NCBI GenBank assembly: GCA_964551475.1
Contig: CAZKCI010000121.1
Coordinates: forward strand, 14,308-78,307
Length of the DNA stretch: 64,000 nucleotides
Source: an uncultured bacterium
Lineage (GTDB): Bacteria; Auribacterota; Erginobacteria; Erginobacterales; CAZKCI01
Direction of reading: 5' to 3'
Shown: piece after piece, positions 1 to 8,886 of the stretch
Position numbering within the stretch: the first letter of the stretch is position 1
Layout: each line of letters opens with the position of its first letter
Translations under genes and position numbers: made by a program
Notes under the pieces: generated by a model
The model's input: the letters and a program-made list of their open reading frames with translations, nothing else
What the model was told of the DNA's origin: nothing
Database searches by the model: none

Positions 1-970
1 GACCGCCCGAGAGCCATCCGATCCCATTGGCGATCCAGAGAGGGAGCAGGATAACGATCCATACCCGGAGTTGAAACCAGTCCGGGGATTGGAAGCGGAC
101 GGCCCGCTCCAGGGTGTCGGACGCGCGGATGATGCTTGCCAGATAGGGGGATGCCGCCGCCAAGGCCAGCGCGAGCGAGAGCAGGCCGAAGAGGGCGAAT
201 CTCCGCTCGACGCTCCTCCGCGGGAACGGAAAGACCAGCATCTGCAGGAAGAAAATCAGACACACGGCGATCAAGGCCCCCCCGGTGACAAGATTGAGAT
301 AAAGGGTGAGAAGCAGCATCAGCCAGAACGCCAGCCAGACCCCGGCCCGGGGACGATCGAGCCAGTCGAACAAAAGCATGACAGCCAGAGCCAGGCCGGC
401 GAGGCTCAAAGCAAATGAATTGGCCACCAGAAACTTCGTCGCCATGAAGCCCATCGTCCCTTCCCACTGAGTGACCACGATCCGCGGAAGATAGGCCCAG
501 ACCCCGCCGGAAAGAATCGGCCCCAGTTGAGAGACGGACCGGAGGACGAGAGGGATGAGGAGAACGCATCCCCACCCGTTCAATCCGAAGGCGACCCAGA
601 CCGCGGCCAGAAAACCGGGGCCGGAATCCCGGCGGCCGGGAGACCTCCGGCCGACCGCGACATAAACGGCGATCAGGAGCGAGAAGAGAGCCAGGGGATT
701 GAGCAGCGCCATGATTATGGGCGGATCCTGACGCAGGAGAGAGCTCAGGGAAGCGACCAGGGCGTTATAGAACCAGTAATAGGGGAGCTCCTCGCCCGCG
801 AGAAAGGGGTTGCGGGGCGGGATTCCGTCTCGCTGGATGGCATAGGCGATCCCGGTATGGATCAAGGCATCGGAAGCGACCTGGAGATCGGCGTTGAGAA
901 AAAGCGGCAAAGAGAGCAGGGCGGAGATCAAGAGCAGCAGCAGACAGGCGGTGATCCGGGTCACGGGCAC
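1..970 (-). CDS. Polytopic integral membrane protein, N-terminal part (gene continues past window start); GTG start near 964/970
   Basis: Reverse strand of 1-975 is an uninterrupted, very hydrophobic reading frame (VTRITACLLLLLISALLS...PYYWFYNALVASL...) with high GC3; the forward ORFs 71-418 and 527-997 are low-complexity R/G/E-rich shadows. Confidence 0.55.
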   Translation of the reverse strand, partial: MPVTRITACLLLLLISALLSLPLFLNADLQVASDALIHTGIAYAIQRDGIPPRNPFLAGEELPYYWFYNALVASLSSLLRQDPPIIMALLNPLALFSLLIAVYVAVGRRSPGRRDSGPGFLAAVWVAFGLNGWGCVLLIPLVLRSVSQLGPILSGGVWAYLPRIVVTQWEGTMGFMATKFLVANSFALSLAGLALAVMLLFDWLDRPRAGVWLAFWLMLLLTLYLNLVTGGALIAVCLIFFLQMLVFPFPRRSVERRFALFGLLSLALALAAASPYLASIIRASDTLERAVRFQSPDWFQLRVWIVILLPLWIANGIGWLSGG

Positions 971-1052
971 ACCTCCAACGCGACTCTATTCCGATGAGCG
1001 GAGATCCGCGCGGGCGAAGACACCCCGACGCAGTCGGAGTTCGCGAACCCCG

Positions 1053-1964
1053 TCATTCCTCCGGACGGACGGCCAGGCAGATGCTGGCCCGGCAGTGAAA
1101 GATTTTCTCTTCAATCGCCTTCCGGAGCTTCTCGGCCAGCGCATGCACCTCGGCCGCGGGCTTGTCCGGAGCGAACTCCAGGAAGATCTCGATAAAAACC
1201 CGGCTCCCCGCCCGCCGGGAGCGGATGCCGTGGAGAGCGTGGTAGTCGTCGTAGCGGAGGGTGAGCTCCTTGAGGATCGCCATCTGGTGCGACTCCTCCA
1301 GCGTCCGGTCGAGAAGGTCCCGGCAGGAGGACCGGAAGATGCCCAGCGCGGCCAGAAGGATCGAAGCCGCGATGATGAGGGAAGCGAGCGGATCGACGGC
1401 CATCGTCCAGGAATAGCCGGTAAAAAGAGAGCTCGTCAGCAGGGCGGCCAGGATGAAGACGTTGGCCGCGGCCTTGATCATAAAAAGGCGCGCCTGAGCG
1501 TCCATGATTGGGGAGAACTCGAGGAGAGCCGCGCGGCGGCTCTTCAGGCACAGTCTGGCGTTGATCGCGGCGTAGACGACCTGGGAGAACATGCTGAGCG
1601 TGACGCCGAGGCCCCTGATGTGGGACGGGCGGGAGAGATGGTGGACCGCGCTCAAAACGATCACCGCCAGGCAGATGACCATCAGGAAGCCGATGAACAG
1701 GCTGGAGAGGTTCTCCAGCTTGTCCAGCCCGTAGTCGTAGGCGTGCTTCGATCCCCGCCGGATCCGGCGGATGGCCAACCAGGAGAGGAGGACCGCGATG
1801 AACTCCAGCGCGGTCTTGAGGAAGTCGGCCAGAATGACCGTCGAACTGGAAAGGAGCAGGCAGAGCAGCGTGGCCAGGGTGTCCGCGCCGCCCGCGATCA
1901 TCGCCGTCCGCGAAGTTCCCTCCTTGGAAGGGGCGCCGCCCGGACCCGTCATGGATTTTCTCAT
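1053..1964 (-). CDS. Cation diffusion facilitator (CDF) family divalent-metal efflux transporter
   Basis: Six-TM N-terminal domain plus cytoplasmic C-terminal domain, typical CDF layout (…LSRPSHIRGLGVTLSMF…, HxxxD-like motifs), ~300 aa. Confidence 0.8.
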   Translation of the reverse strand: MRKSMTGPGGAPSKEGTSRTAMIAGGADTLATLLCLLLSSSTVILADFLKTALEFIAVLLSWLAIRRIRRGSKHAYDYGLDKLENLSSLFIGFLMVICLAVIVLSAVHHLSRPSHIRGLGVTLSMFSQVVYAAINARLCLKSRRAALLEFSPIMDAQARLFMIKAAANVFILAALLTSSLFTGYSWTMAVDPLASLIIAASILLAALGIFRSSCRDLLDRTLEESHQMAILKELTLRYDDYHALHGIRSRRAGSRVFIEIFLEFAPDKPAAEVHALAEKLRKAIEEKIFHCRASICLAVRPEE

Positions 1965-2037
1965 TTGCCCGCTCGCGCTTTTACGAGTATAAGATGGTTG
2001 AGGTTAGCAGGATAACCGAACCCAAGGAGACAGAGAT

Positions 2038-2631
2038 ATGAGAAAAGTCGCCTGGATCATCATCCCCCTGGCCGGACTGCTCGCCGCCGGCTGTCAGAAG
2101 ACGACGAGCCAGGAGAAGCCGACGCCGCCGACGGAGGTTTTCCCCGAAAGAACTGTCAACGCGACCGCGGGGGCGACGACCGTCACCGCGCTGGCCGCCG
2201 CGCCCTCCCCTCTGGCCGCCGGAAGCGCCTCCCCGGCCCAGAGCCTGCGGATCTCCCGGATTGAAAATGCCTGGCTCTCCCAGACCCGGGCGCCCCAGGG
2301 CACGGGCGTCTGCTGGGCCTTCTACAGCGCCGAGAACACCGTCGACGAGCGCGGCCGCTGGGGCTTTCTCTTCGATTCGGACTCGGTCTGGATGCGGCAC
2401 ACCGACCTGGACTCCGCCCCCGTGGCCCTCCTCATCTACCAGAACTCCCACCCGGTGGACGTCCGCGACGGCGACTATGTGACGGTACGCCACGATGGAG
2501 GCAAAACCGTCCGAATCTATCCTCCCGCTCTCTCCGGAGTCAACGGGACATTCTATGTCTCCTCCCAAGGGGAGACCTATCTGGATCGGGAGCTGACCCG
2601 CCCGGCCCGGGCCGCCCCGGCATCCGAATAA
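2038..2631 (+). CDS. Hypothetical lipoprotein (signal peptide with lipobox LAAGC)
   Basis: N-terminus MRKVAWIIIPLAGLLAAGCQK; AAGGAG RBS 8 nt upstream of the ATG; no recognisable domain. Confidence 0.6.
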   Translation: MRKVAWIIIPLAGLLAAGCQKTTSQEKPTPPTEVFPERTVNATAGATTVTALAAAPSPLAAGSASPAQSLRISRIENAWLSQTRAPQGTGVCWAFYSAENTVDERGRWGFLFDSDSVWMRHTDLDSAPVALLIYQNSHPVDVRDGDYVTVRHDGGKTVRIYPPALSGVNGTFYVSSQGETYLDRELTRPARAAPASE

Positions 2632-2913
2632 TCGCGATCACAGATCCGGATACATCTTCTTCCGGCATTCGGGGCAGATGCCGTGGGTGAACTGGGCGTC
2701 CGTCTTCTCTTCGATAGAGGACTCCAGACGACGCCATTTCCCTCCCCCGTCCCGGATCTTTTTGCAGGAAGAGCCGATGGGGAGGAGGCCGGCTCTCGTT
2801 CCTCGCCCCGACTATTTCCCCCTCCGCATATTTGTTTGACGACATTATGACATAATGTTACAGTAGTACCGTCAATTTCGGTCCGCAACAGACAAGAGGC
2901 TAGGAGGTTCGCG

Positions 2914-5151
2914 ATGAACAATATTGCTTGTCTGATTATGGGAGTGTTGGTTCTCGGAGGAGCCGTCTTCCCCGCCCCCCGCGCCTTCAGCCAGGAGATA
3001 TTCCAGGACCTCGACCTCGAGTACTCAACCTACCTGGGCGGGAGCGGGACCGACCAGTGCGGCGATTTCACCGGCAACGGCGGCGGGAAATGCATCGCGG
3101 TCGATTCTGCCCTCTGCGCGTATATCGTCGGATCGACCTCCTCGGCCGATTTCCCCACCGCGAATCCCTACCAGCCGGCCAAAGCCGTCGGGGCCGACGT
3201 TTTCGTCGCCAAGCTCCATCTGGACGGAGATTCCCTGATCTATGCCACCTATCTGGGCGGAGGAAACCCCGACACCGGCCAGGGGATCGCGGTCGACGCC
3301 GCTTTCAACGCCTACGTCGTCGGCTGGACCGGCTCGGCGGATTTCCCCACCGTCAACCCGTACCAGCCGTCCTTCGCCGGGGGTAATGAAGACGCTTTCG
3401 TGGCCAAGCTCGATTCGTCCGGCTCCTCCCTCCTCTTCTCCACCTACCTCGGCGGCCCCACCGGCTCTTCGCCTTATGAGCACGGCCAGGACATCGCCGT
3501 GGATGGATACGGGAACACCTACGTGGCCGGTTCCACCGGGTCGTATGAATTTCCCACGGTCAATCCCTATCAGGCCTCCTACGCCGGGAACGCCGACGCC
3601 TTCGTCTCCAAGCTCGACCCCTCCGGGTCGATTCTAGTCTATTCCACCTACCTCGGCGGAGCCGATTCCGACGAGAGCGCCCGGGGGATCGCAACGGACG
3701 CCGACGGGTCCGCCTTCGTGGTCGGGGACACCAGTTCCGCCGACTTCCCCACCCGCAACCCCATTCAGGCCGCCTGGGTGAACAACGACGACGCCTTCGT
3801 CACCCGTTTCTCCACGTCGGGGAGTTCGCTCCTCTTTTCCACCTATCTGGGCGGGAGCCACCACGACGGCGCCTCCCAAGTGGCGGTGGACGCCGATGGT
3901 TTTGCCTATGTGAGCGGCGACACTTTTTCCGATAACTTCCCCACGGCGAACGCCTACCAGGCGACCAAGGCCGGAGGCTGGGACGCTTTCCTTGCCAAGA
4001 TCGATCCGGTCAACGCCCTTCTGACCTACTCCACCTATTTCGGCGGCAGCGATAACGACAGCGGCAAAGGCCTGGCCGTCTATCTCGACCAGTTCCCCTT
4101 CCTCGCCGGCTACACCGAGTCGACCGACCTGCCGGTGCGGCACGCCTACCAGTCGACCTTCGCCAGCCAGACCGGGGGCGACGCCTTCCTGGCCAAGTTC
4201 TCCTGCCAGGCCCGACGCCTCATCTTCTCCACCTACCTGGGCGGGGCGGACGACGATTTCGGGGGCGGGGTGGCGGTCGACTTCCAGGGCTCGGCCTATC
4301 TCGCGGGATATACGAAGTCCACCGACTTCCCCCTCGAGGACCCCTACCAGTCGAGCGAAGCCGGGAACGAGGACGTCTTCGTGAGCAAGCTGATCCAGCC
4401 GGTCATCCGCCCGGTCTACGCCTCGGGGGACTATAACGGCGACGGGACGAGCGAAGCGGCCGTCTTCCGCGCCCAGGAAGGACGCTGGCTGGTCCGGAGT
4501 TTCACCCGATTCTACTTTGCCCAGATCCTCGACCTCCTCGCCCCGGGCGACTACAACGGCGACGGCACTTCCGACTTCGGTCTCTTCCGGCCGGCGGAAG
4601 GCCTCTGGGCGATCCGCGGCCTCACCCGGGTGAACTACGGCGGCGCCGACGACCAGTCGGTCCCCGCCGACTACGACGGCGACGGGACCTGCAACATCGC
4701 CCTCTTCCGCCCGTCGATGAGCCTCTGGGCGATCCGCGGGGCGCTGCGCGACTACCTCGGGCTCACGGGCGACCTCCCCGTCCCCGGCGACTACGACGGG
4801 GACGGAAGCGCCGGTGTGGCGATCTTCCGCCCCTCTACCGGGATGTGGTCCGTGAAATACATCACCATCGCCTACTTCGGCGCGGGTAATGACAAGGTCG
4901 TCCCCGGTGACTTCGACGGCAACATGACCTGGGACTGCGGCATCTTCCGCCCCGGCTCCGGCCTCTGGGCGATCCGCAACGTCACCCGTATCTACCTCGG
5001 CGACTGCGAGGACATGCCCATGCCCGCCGACTACGACGCCGTCCCCGGCGACGAGATGGGACTCTTCCGGGAAGGCAACGGTCTCTGGGCGATCTCCGGG
5101 CTCACCCGTTTCTCCTTCGGGGGGGCGGGAGACACGCCGGTGACGAGGTAG
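2914..5151 (+). CDS. Secreted protein with N-terminal SBBP beta-propeller repeats and C-terminal FG-GAP/VCBS-like Ca-binding repeats
   Basis: Signal peptide; about 9 repeats of YSTYLGG..D.G.GIAVD..GNAYV.G.T.S.DFPT.NPYQ...G..DAFVAKLD (SBBP pattern); C-terminal about 7 repeats of GDY(N/D)GDG....A.FRP..GLWAIRG.TR..FG; GGAGG RBS. Confidence 0.8.
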   Translation: MNNIACLIMGVLVLGGAVFPAPRAFSQEIFQDLDLEYSTYLGGSGTDQCGDFTGNGGGKCIAVDSALCAYIVGSTSSADFPTANPYQPAKAVGADVFVAKLHLDGDSLIYATYLGGGNPDTGQGIAVDAAFNAYVVGWTGSADFPTVNPYQPSFAGGNEDAFVAKLDSSGSSLLFSTYLGGPTGSSPYEHGQDIAVDGYGNTYVAGSTGSYEFPTVNPYQASYAGNADAFVSKLDPSGSILVYSTYLGGADSDESARGIATDADGSAFVVGDTSSADFPTRNPIQAAWVNNDDAFVTRFSTSGSSLLFSTYLGGSHHDGASQVAVDADGFAYVSGDTFSDNFPTANAYQATKAGGWDAFLAKIDPVNALLTYSTYFGGSDNDSGKGLAVYLDQFPFLAGYTESTDLPVRHAYQSTFASQTGGDAFLAKFSCQARRLIFSTYLGGADDDFGGGVAVDFQGSAYLAGYTKSTDFPLEDPYQSSEAGNEDVFVSKLIQPVIRPVYASGDYNGDGTSEAAVFRAQEGRWLVRSFTRFYFAQILDLLAPGDYNGDGTSDFGLFRPAEGLWAIRGLTRVNYGGADDQSVPADYDGDGTCNIALFRPSMSLWAIRGALRDYLGLTGDLPVPGDYDGDGSAGVAIFRPSTGMWSVKYITIAYFGAGNDKVVPGDFDGNMTWDCGIFRPGSGLWAIRNVTRIYLGDCEDMPMPADYDAVPGDEMGLFREGNGLWAISGLTRFSFGGAGDTPVTR

Positions 5152-5160
5152 GAGACCGGC

Positions 5161-5216
5161 GAGCGGTAAGCGGTAAACCGGAAGATTCAATTGCCCCGGT
5201 TTACAGTTTACCGCTC
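5161..5216 (+). terminator. Imperfect long hairpin immediately after the beta-propeller gene stop (gagcggtaagcggtaaaccgg ... ccggtttacagtttaccgctc)
   Basis: About 20-bp imperfect inverted repeat 10 nt after the stop codon; no clear U-tract. Confidence 0.3.
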
Positions 5217-5281
5217 ACGGCCGTCGGCTTTCCCAGTCTAACCCCTGGCCAATCCCGGGAGACTGCTGTATCCTGCCTGCC

Positions 5282-5758
5282 ATGACCTGGATCATCTTCC
5301 TCTCCGTCCTGGGCCTGATCCTGATCTGCCTGGAGATCTTCCTCCCGGGAGCGATCATCGGGGCGATCGGGGGGATCGCCCTGCTCGCCTCCGTCGTCCT
5401 CGCCTTCCGCGAGCAGGGTCAGGCCTTTGGCACCTGGTGGCTGGCCGGCACTCTGGCGGTCACGCTGGCCGCCATCTATCTCGCCGTCAAAGCCTTCCCC
5501 CGCTCCCGGACCGGGAAGAAACTCGTTCTGGAGTCGAACGAGACCGGTTTCGTTTCGGGTGGGGAGGGGCTGTCCGCGCTCGTCGGCGCGGCCGGAGCAG
5601 CGCTGAGCGCCCTGAGACCGGCCGGGATGGCCGAGATCGGAGGGAAGCGAATCGACGTCGTCACCGCCGGAGAGTTCATCCCGCCGGGTGAGAAGATAAC
5701 CGTGGTCGCGGTGGAGGGGAGCCGGGTGGTGGTGAAGAAAGCTTCCCCGCGCGCATAA
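5282..5758 (+). CDS. nfeD: NfeD-family membrane protein (membrane anchor plus C-terminal OB-fold), partner of the flotillin-like protein
   Basis: Two to three N-terminal TM helices followed by a soluble beta domain (…[31 protein letters not shown]); located directly upstream of floA. Confidence 0.75.
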   Translation: MTWIIFLSVLGLILICLEIFLPGAIIGAIGGIALLASVVLAFREQGQAFGTWWLAGTLAVTLAAIYLAVKAFPRSRTGKKLVLESNETGFVSGGEGLSALVGAAGAALSALRPAGMAEIGGKRIDVVTAGEFIPPGEKITVVAVEGSRVVVKKASPRA

Positions 5759-5789
5759 GAGTCAGCCGATTTATAACCAGGAGGCGAAC

Positions 5790-6818
5790 ATGCAGCCCGT
5801 CGGAGCGTTTATCGTGATGATCCTGATCGTCATCGGCCTCATTGTCCTCGGCTTTTTCTTCTATTTCCTGAAGATCTGGATCCGCGCCCTGGCGGCGGGG
5901 GCGCACGTCGCCATCTTCAACCTGGTGGGGATGAAACTGAGGGGGATCAAACCGGTGGTGATCGTGGACGCCAAGATCATGGCCACCAAGGCCGGGCTCA
6001 ACGTCTCCACCAACGAACTGGAGGCCCACTACCTGGCCGGCGGATCGGTGGCCAAGGTGACCCGGGCCATGATCGCCGCCGACAAGGCGGGGATCCCTCT
6101 AATCTTCAAGCGAGCCTGCGCCATCGACCTGGCCGGCCGCGACATCGAGGAAGCGGTGCGGACCTCCGTCAATCCCCGGGTCATCGACTGCCCCGATCCC
6201 TCCAAGGGGACCACCATGCTCGACGCGGTGGCCAAGGACGGAATCCGCCTGCTGGTAAAAGCGCGGGTGACGGTGCGGGCGAACCTCGACCGCCTGGTGG
6301 GAGGCGCCACCGAAGACACCATCATCGCGCGGGTGGGTCAGGGAATCGTGAGCGCGATCGGATCCTCCGAGAGCTATAAGAACGTCCTGGAAAATCCCGA
6401 CCATATCAGCAAACGCGTCCTCGACAGCGGACTCGACTCCCAGACCGCTTTCGAGATCGTCTCCATCGATATCGCCGACGTCTCGGTGGCCGGCGTCTCG
6501 GGAGTCCGGGAAGTGGCCAACGTAGGGGCGCTCCTCGAGACCGAGCGGGCGGAGGCGGACAAGAAGATGCGCCAGGCCGAGGCCGAGGGGCGGCGGGCGA
6601 CCGCGGTGGCCTTCGAGCAGGAGATGAAGGCTAAGGTTCAGGAGATGCGGGCGCGGGTGGTCGAGGCGGAGGCCGAGGTGCCCCGGGCGATGGCCGAGGC
6701 CTTCCGGAAGGGGAACATGGGGATCATGGACTTCTACCGGATGAAGAACATCCAGTCCGACACCGGGATGAGAGACGCCATCTCGAGTCTCGGGGAGAAG
6801 GGCAAGAAGCAGGAGTAA
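5790..6818 (+). CDS. floA: Flotillin-like protein FloA (UPF0365/YqfA family, SPFH domain)
   Basis: N-terminal TM helix, SPFH core and a coiled-coil C-terminus rich in AEAE; strong match to the FloA pattern (…[27 protein letters not shown]…); AGGAGG RBS. Confidence 0.85.
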   Translation: MQPVGAFIVMILIVIGLIVLGFFFYFLKIWIRALAAGAHVAIFNLVGMKLRGIKPVVIVDAKIMATKAGLNVSTNELEAHYLAGGSVAKVTRAMIAADKAGIPLIFKRACAIDLAGRDIEEAVRTSVNPRVIDCPDPSKGTTMLDAVAKDGIRLLVKARVTVRANLDRLVGGATEDTIIARVGQGIVSAIGSSESYKNVLENPDHISKRVLDSGLDSQTAFEIVSIDIADVSVAGVSGVREVANVGALLETERAEADKKMRQAEAEGRRATAVAFEQEMKAKVQEMRARVVEAEAEVPRAMAEAFRKGNMGIMDFYRMKNIQSDTGMRDAISSLGEKGKKQE

Positions 6819-6821
6819 AAA

Positions 6822-6970
6822 GGTTATCAGGTTCAGCGGTTCAACGGTTCACGGTTCAACGGTTCGGCGGTTCAACGGTTCAGCGGTTCAGCGGTTCAAC
6901 GGTTCGGCGGTTCGGCGGTTCACGGTTATCGTCATCATTTTCAACCGTTGAACCGTGAACCCTTGAACCG
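6822..6970. repeat. Tandem array of about 12 GGTTCRRC octamers followed by an inverted copy (aaccgttgaaccgtgaacc), forming a long dyad; family A copy 1
   Basis: Direct reading of the sequence; the same architecture recurs at 57458-57600 and 63306-63384, and copies 1 and 3 both begin ggttatcaggttca. Confidence 0.9.
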
Positions 6971-7009
6971 ACACCCAAGCCGGATCAAAAAAGATAGACG
7001 GCAAACATT

Positions 7010-7462
7010 ATGTCATCCGGGATGTCATGGTGGATCTGGATCGGTTTCGTCCTCATCTTTCTCTTCAATGTCTTTCGGAAGCTGAAAGCGGGGGGCGACC
7101 CCACGGACAAGATCCTGGGGAAAAATGCGGAAAGGGAAGCCCGCGAGGCGCGCCTGGCGGAGATGCTGGAAACCCTGCGCGAGACCGCCTCGGACCCGTC
7201 CGCCCGAACGCCGCCGGGAAAACGGCCGGAGCCGGCAAAACCATCCCGACGCTTAACCGCCCCGCAACCGGAAAAACCCTCCTCCCCCTCGGCCACGATC
7301 GCAGCACCCGAGGAGATCGGGAAAATCACCGCCGCCGAGGAGGAGCGCCGGTTCGCCGAAGACGCCCTCTGCTTCTCCGACCATCCCCTGGTCCAGGGGA
7401 TCGCGATCTCGGAGATCCTCTCCCTCCCGGTCGCCCTCCGCGCCCCGGAGCGCCTCGTCTGA
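7010..7462 (+). CDS. Hypothetical small membrane-anchored protein
   Basis: N-terminal TM helix (WWIWIGFVLIFLF) then a charged, low-complexity region; overlapping ORFs in other frames look like shadows. Confidence 0.35.
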   Translation: MSSGMSWWIWIGFVLIFLFNVFRKLKAGGDPTDKILGKNAEREAREARLAEMLETLRETASDPSARTPPGKRPEPAKPSRRLTAPQPEKPSSPSATIAAPEEIGKITAAEEERRFAEDALCFSDHPLVQGIAISEILSLPVALRAPERLV

Positions 7463-7653
7463 TCAGCCTGCCTCACCTCCTCTCAATGATTTCCACGAAT
7501 GTGCACGCTTGTCCGCCAGAGCCCCGACTGGTCGGGGCGGAGGCGGGAATTTTCACGAATGAGGTTCGGCTTGTCGCTTTAACCGCGAATTCACGCGCTG
7601 GCGCGCCGCAGCGCTACAGCGCGCAGGCGCGAATAAAGCGCGAATAGCCCGGC

Positions 7654-8886
7654 TTGAACGATTTCAACGCCCTCAACGATTTGAACGATCCGACACCGAT
7701 CTGCCCCCATTTCGGGGAGTGCGGGGGATGCCGCTCACAGGATATCCCCTACCCTGACCAGCTTGCCGCCAAGGCTGCCCGACTGGAGGAGATCCGCGCC
7801 GCCCACGGCCTGCCGCCGGTCATCCTTCCCCCCGTCCCCTCCCCCGCCCTCTGGCATTACCGGAACAAGATGGAATTTTCCTTCGCGGAGAAGGACGGGG
7901 AGATCATCTGCGGACTTCACCACGCCCAGAGGAAAAAAGAGGTGGTGGATATATCCGAATGCCGCATCTTCTCCCCCGCCGCCGGACCCGTCCTCTCCGC
8001 GGTCAGGGATTTCGCCCGCCAAAGCGGCCTTCCCGCTTATAATCCCTATCGGCGGACCGGTTTTTGGAGAAACCTTGTCCTCCGGGAAGAAAAGAACGCG
8101 AAGGGATTCCTGGTCAACCTGATCACCACCTCACGGGGGGAACCGGACTGGGACGGACTGCGCGTTTCTCTCGCCGGCCTCACCACGGAGAAAAGCGTCT
8201 CCTCCCTGATCCGGACCGTCAACGACTCCGTCTCCGATGCGGTGATCCCGGAAAGGACGACCGTCCTCTCCGGCCCGGGCTATCTGGAGGAGACCGTCGG
8301 CGGATTCGCCTTCCGCATCCATCCCTTCTCTTTCTTCCAAACCAACGTCTTTCTTCTCCCCGAGTTTTACCGCCACCTCGCCGCCGCCGCCGCCCTCACC
8401 GCTTCCGAGAAGGCCCTCGATGTCTTCTGCGGAATGGGGCCGATCAGCCTGCTTCTGGCCCGACAGGCGAAAGAGGTCTTCGGGATCGAGCGGGAGGAGA
8501 CGACGGTCGAAAACGCCCGCCTCAACGCCCGTCTCAACCGGGTGGAGAACGCCGTCTTCATCTCCGGACCGGCCCGGAGGGTATTGGTTGATAACCGCGA
8601 CCGTTGGCGGGGTAGAATAGCCGCGGTGGTCGCCAACCCGCCCCGCAGCGGCATGGGAACGAAAGTCGCCCAACGCATCGCCGAGCTCGAAGCCGGCACT
8701 TTCATCTACTCTTCCTGCCGCCCGGAGTCCTTCTTCCCGGAAGCCGCCCTGTTTTTGAACGACTACGATCTGGAGTCGGTCCGGCCCTTCGATTTCTTCC
8801 CTCACACCCCCCACCTCGAGGTGGTCGGCGTCTTCCGGAGGAAGCAGCCGGGACGGTCGGCGGGGGCGGCGGCCGGCGAGCCATGA
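7654..8886 (+). CDS. 23S rRNA (uracil-5)-methyltransferase, RlmC/RlmD (RumB/RumA) family, without TRAM domain; true start possibly downstream of 7654
   Basis: C-x5-C-x2-C [4Fe-4S] motif (CPHFGECGGC); SAM-dependent MTase motifs (DVFCGMGPISL, ANPPRSG); the first about 13 codons (MNDFNALNDLNDP) are encoded by a short direct repeat. Confidence 0.8.
   Translation: MNDFNALNDLNDPTPICPHFGECGGCRSQDIPYPDQLAAKAARLEEIRAAHGLPPVILPPVPSPALWHYRNKMEFSFAEKDGEIICGLHHAQRKKEVVDISECRIFSPAAGPVLSAVRDFARQSGLPAYNPYRRTGFWRNLVLREEKNAKGFLVNLITTSRGEPDWDGLRVSLAGLTTEKSVSSLIRTVNDSVSDAVIPERTTVLSGPGYLEETVGGFAFRIHPFSFFQTNVFLLPEFYRHLAAAAALTASEKALDVFCGMGPISLLLARQAKEVFGIEREETTVENARLNARLNRVENAVFISGPARRVLVDNRDRWRGRIAAVVANPPRSGMGTKVAQRIAELEAGTFIYSSCRPESFFPEAALFLNDYDLESVRPFDFFPHTPHLEVVGVFRRKQPGRSAGAAAGEP

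Noticed and set aside
71-997. Forward ORFs 71-418 and 527-997 at the window start
   Set aside because: The opposite strand is a continuous, strongly hydrophobic membrane-protein frame that runs off the window edge (hence missing from the ORF track). The forward ORFs are compositional shadows.
894-2015. Long forward-strand ORF (373 aa) overlapping the CDF transporter gene, and similar antisense ORFs throughout (3634-5190, 8802-10439, 10734-11654, 13381-14697, 16345-18273, 20300-21154, 27013-28968, 41858-43606, 45631-46869, 46838-48652, 49985-51082, 53468-54958, 55721-56893, 58541-60493, 62140-63165)
   Set aside because: They are Arg/Gly/Pro/Asp-rich low-complexity translations typical of stop-codon-poor antisense frames in about 67% GC DNA. 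In every case the opposite strand carries a gene with clear family motifs.
2638-2790. Minus-strand frame ending ...CKKIRDGGGKWRRLESSIEEKTDAQFTHGICPECRKKMYPDL* that resembles a C-terminal zinc ribbon
   Set aside because: No ATG, GTG or TTG start exists in that frame before an upstream TAG. Only three Cys are present and the first CxxC is missing. It is probably coincidental, but it could be worth a profile search as a possible pseudogene remnant.
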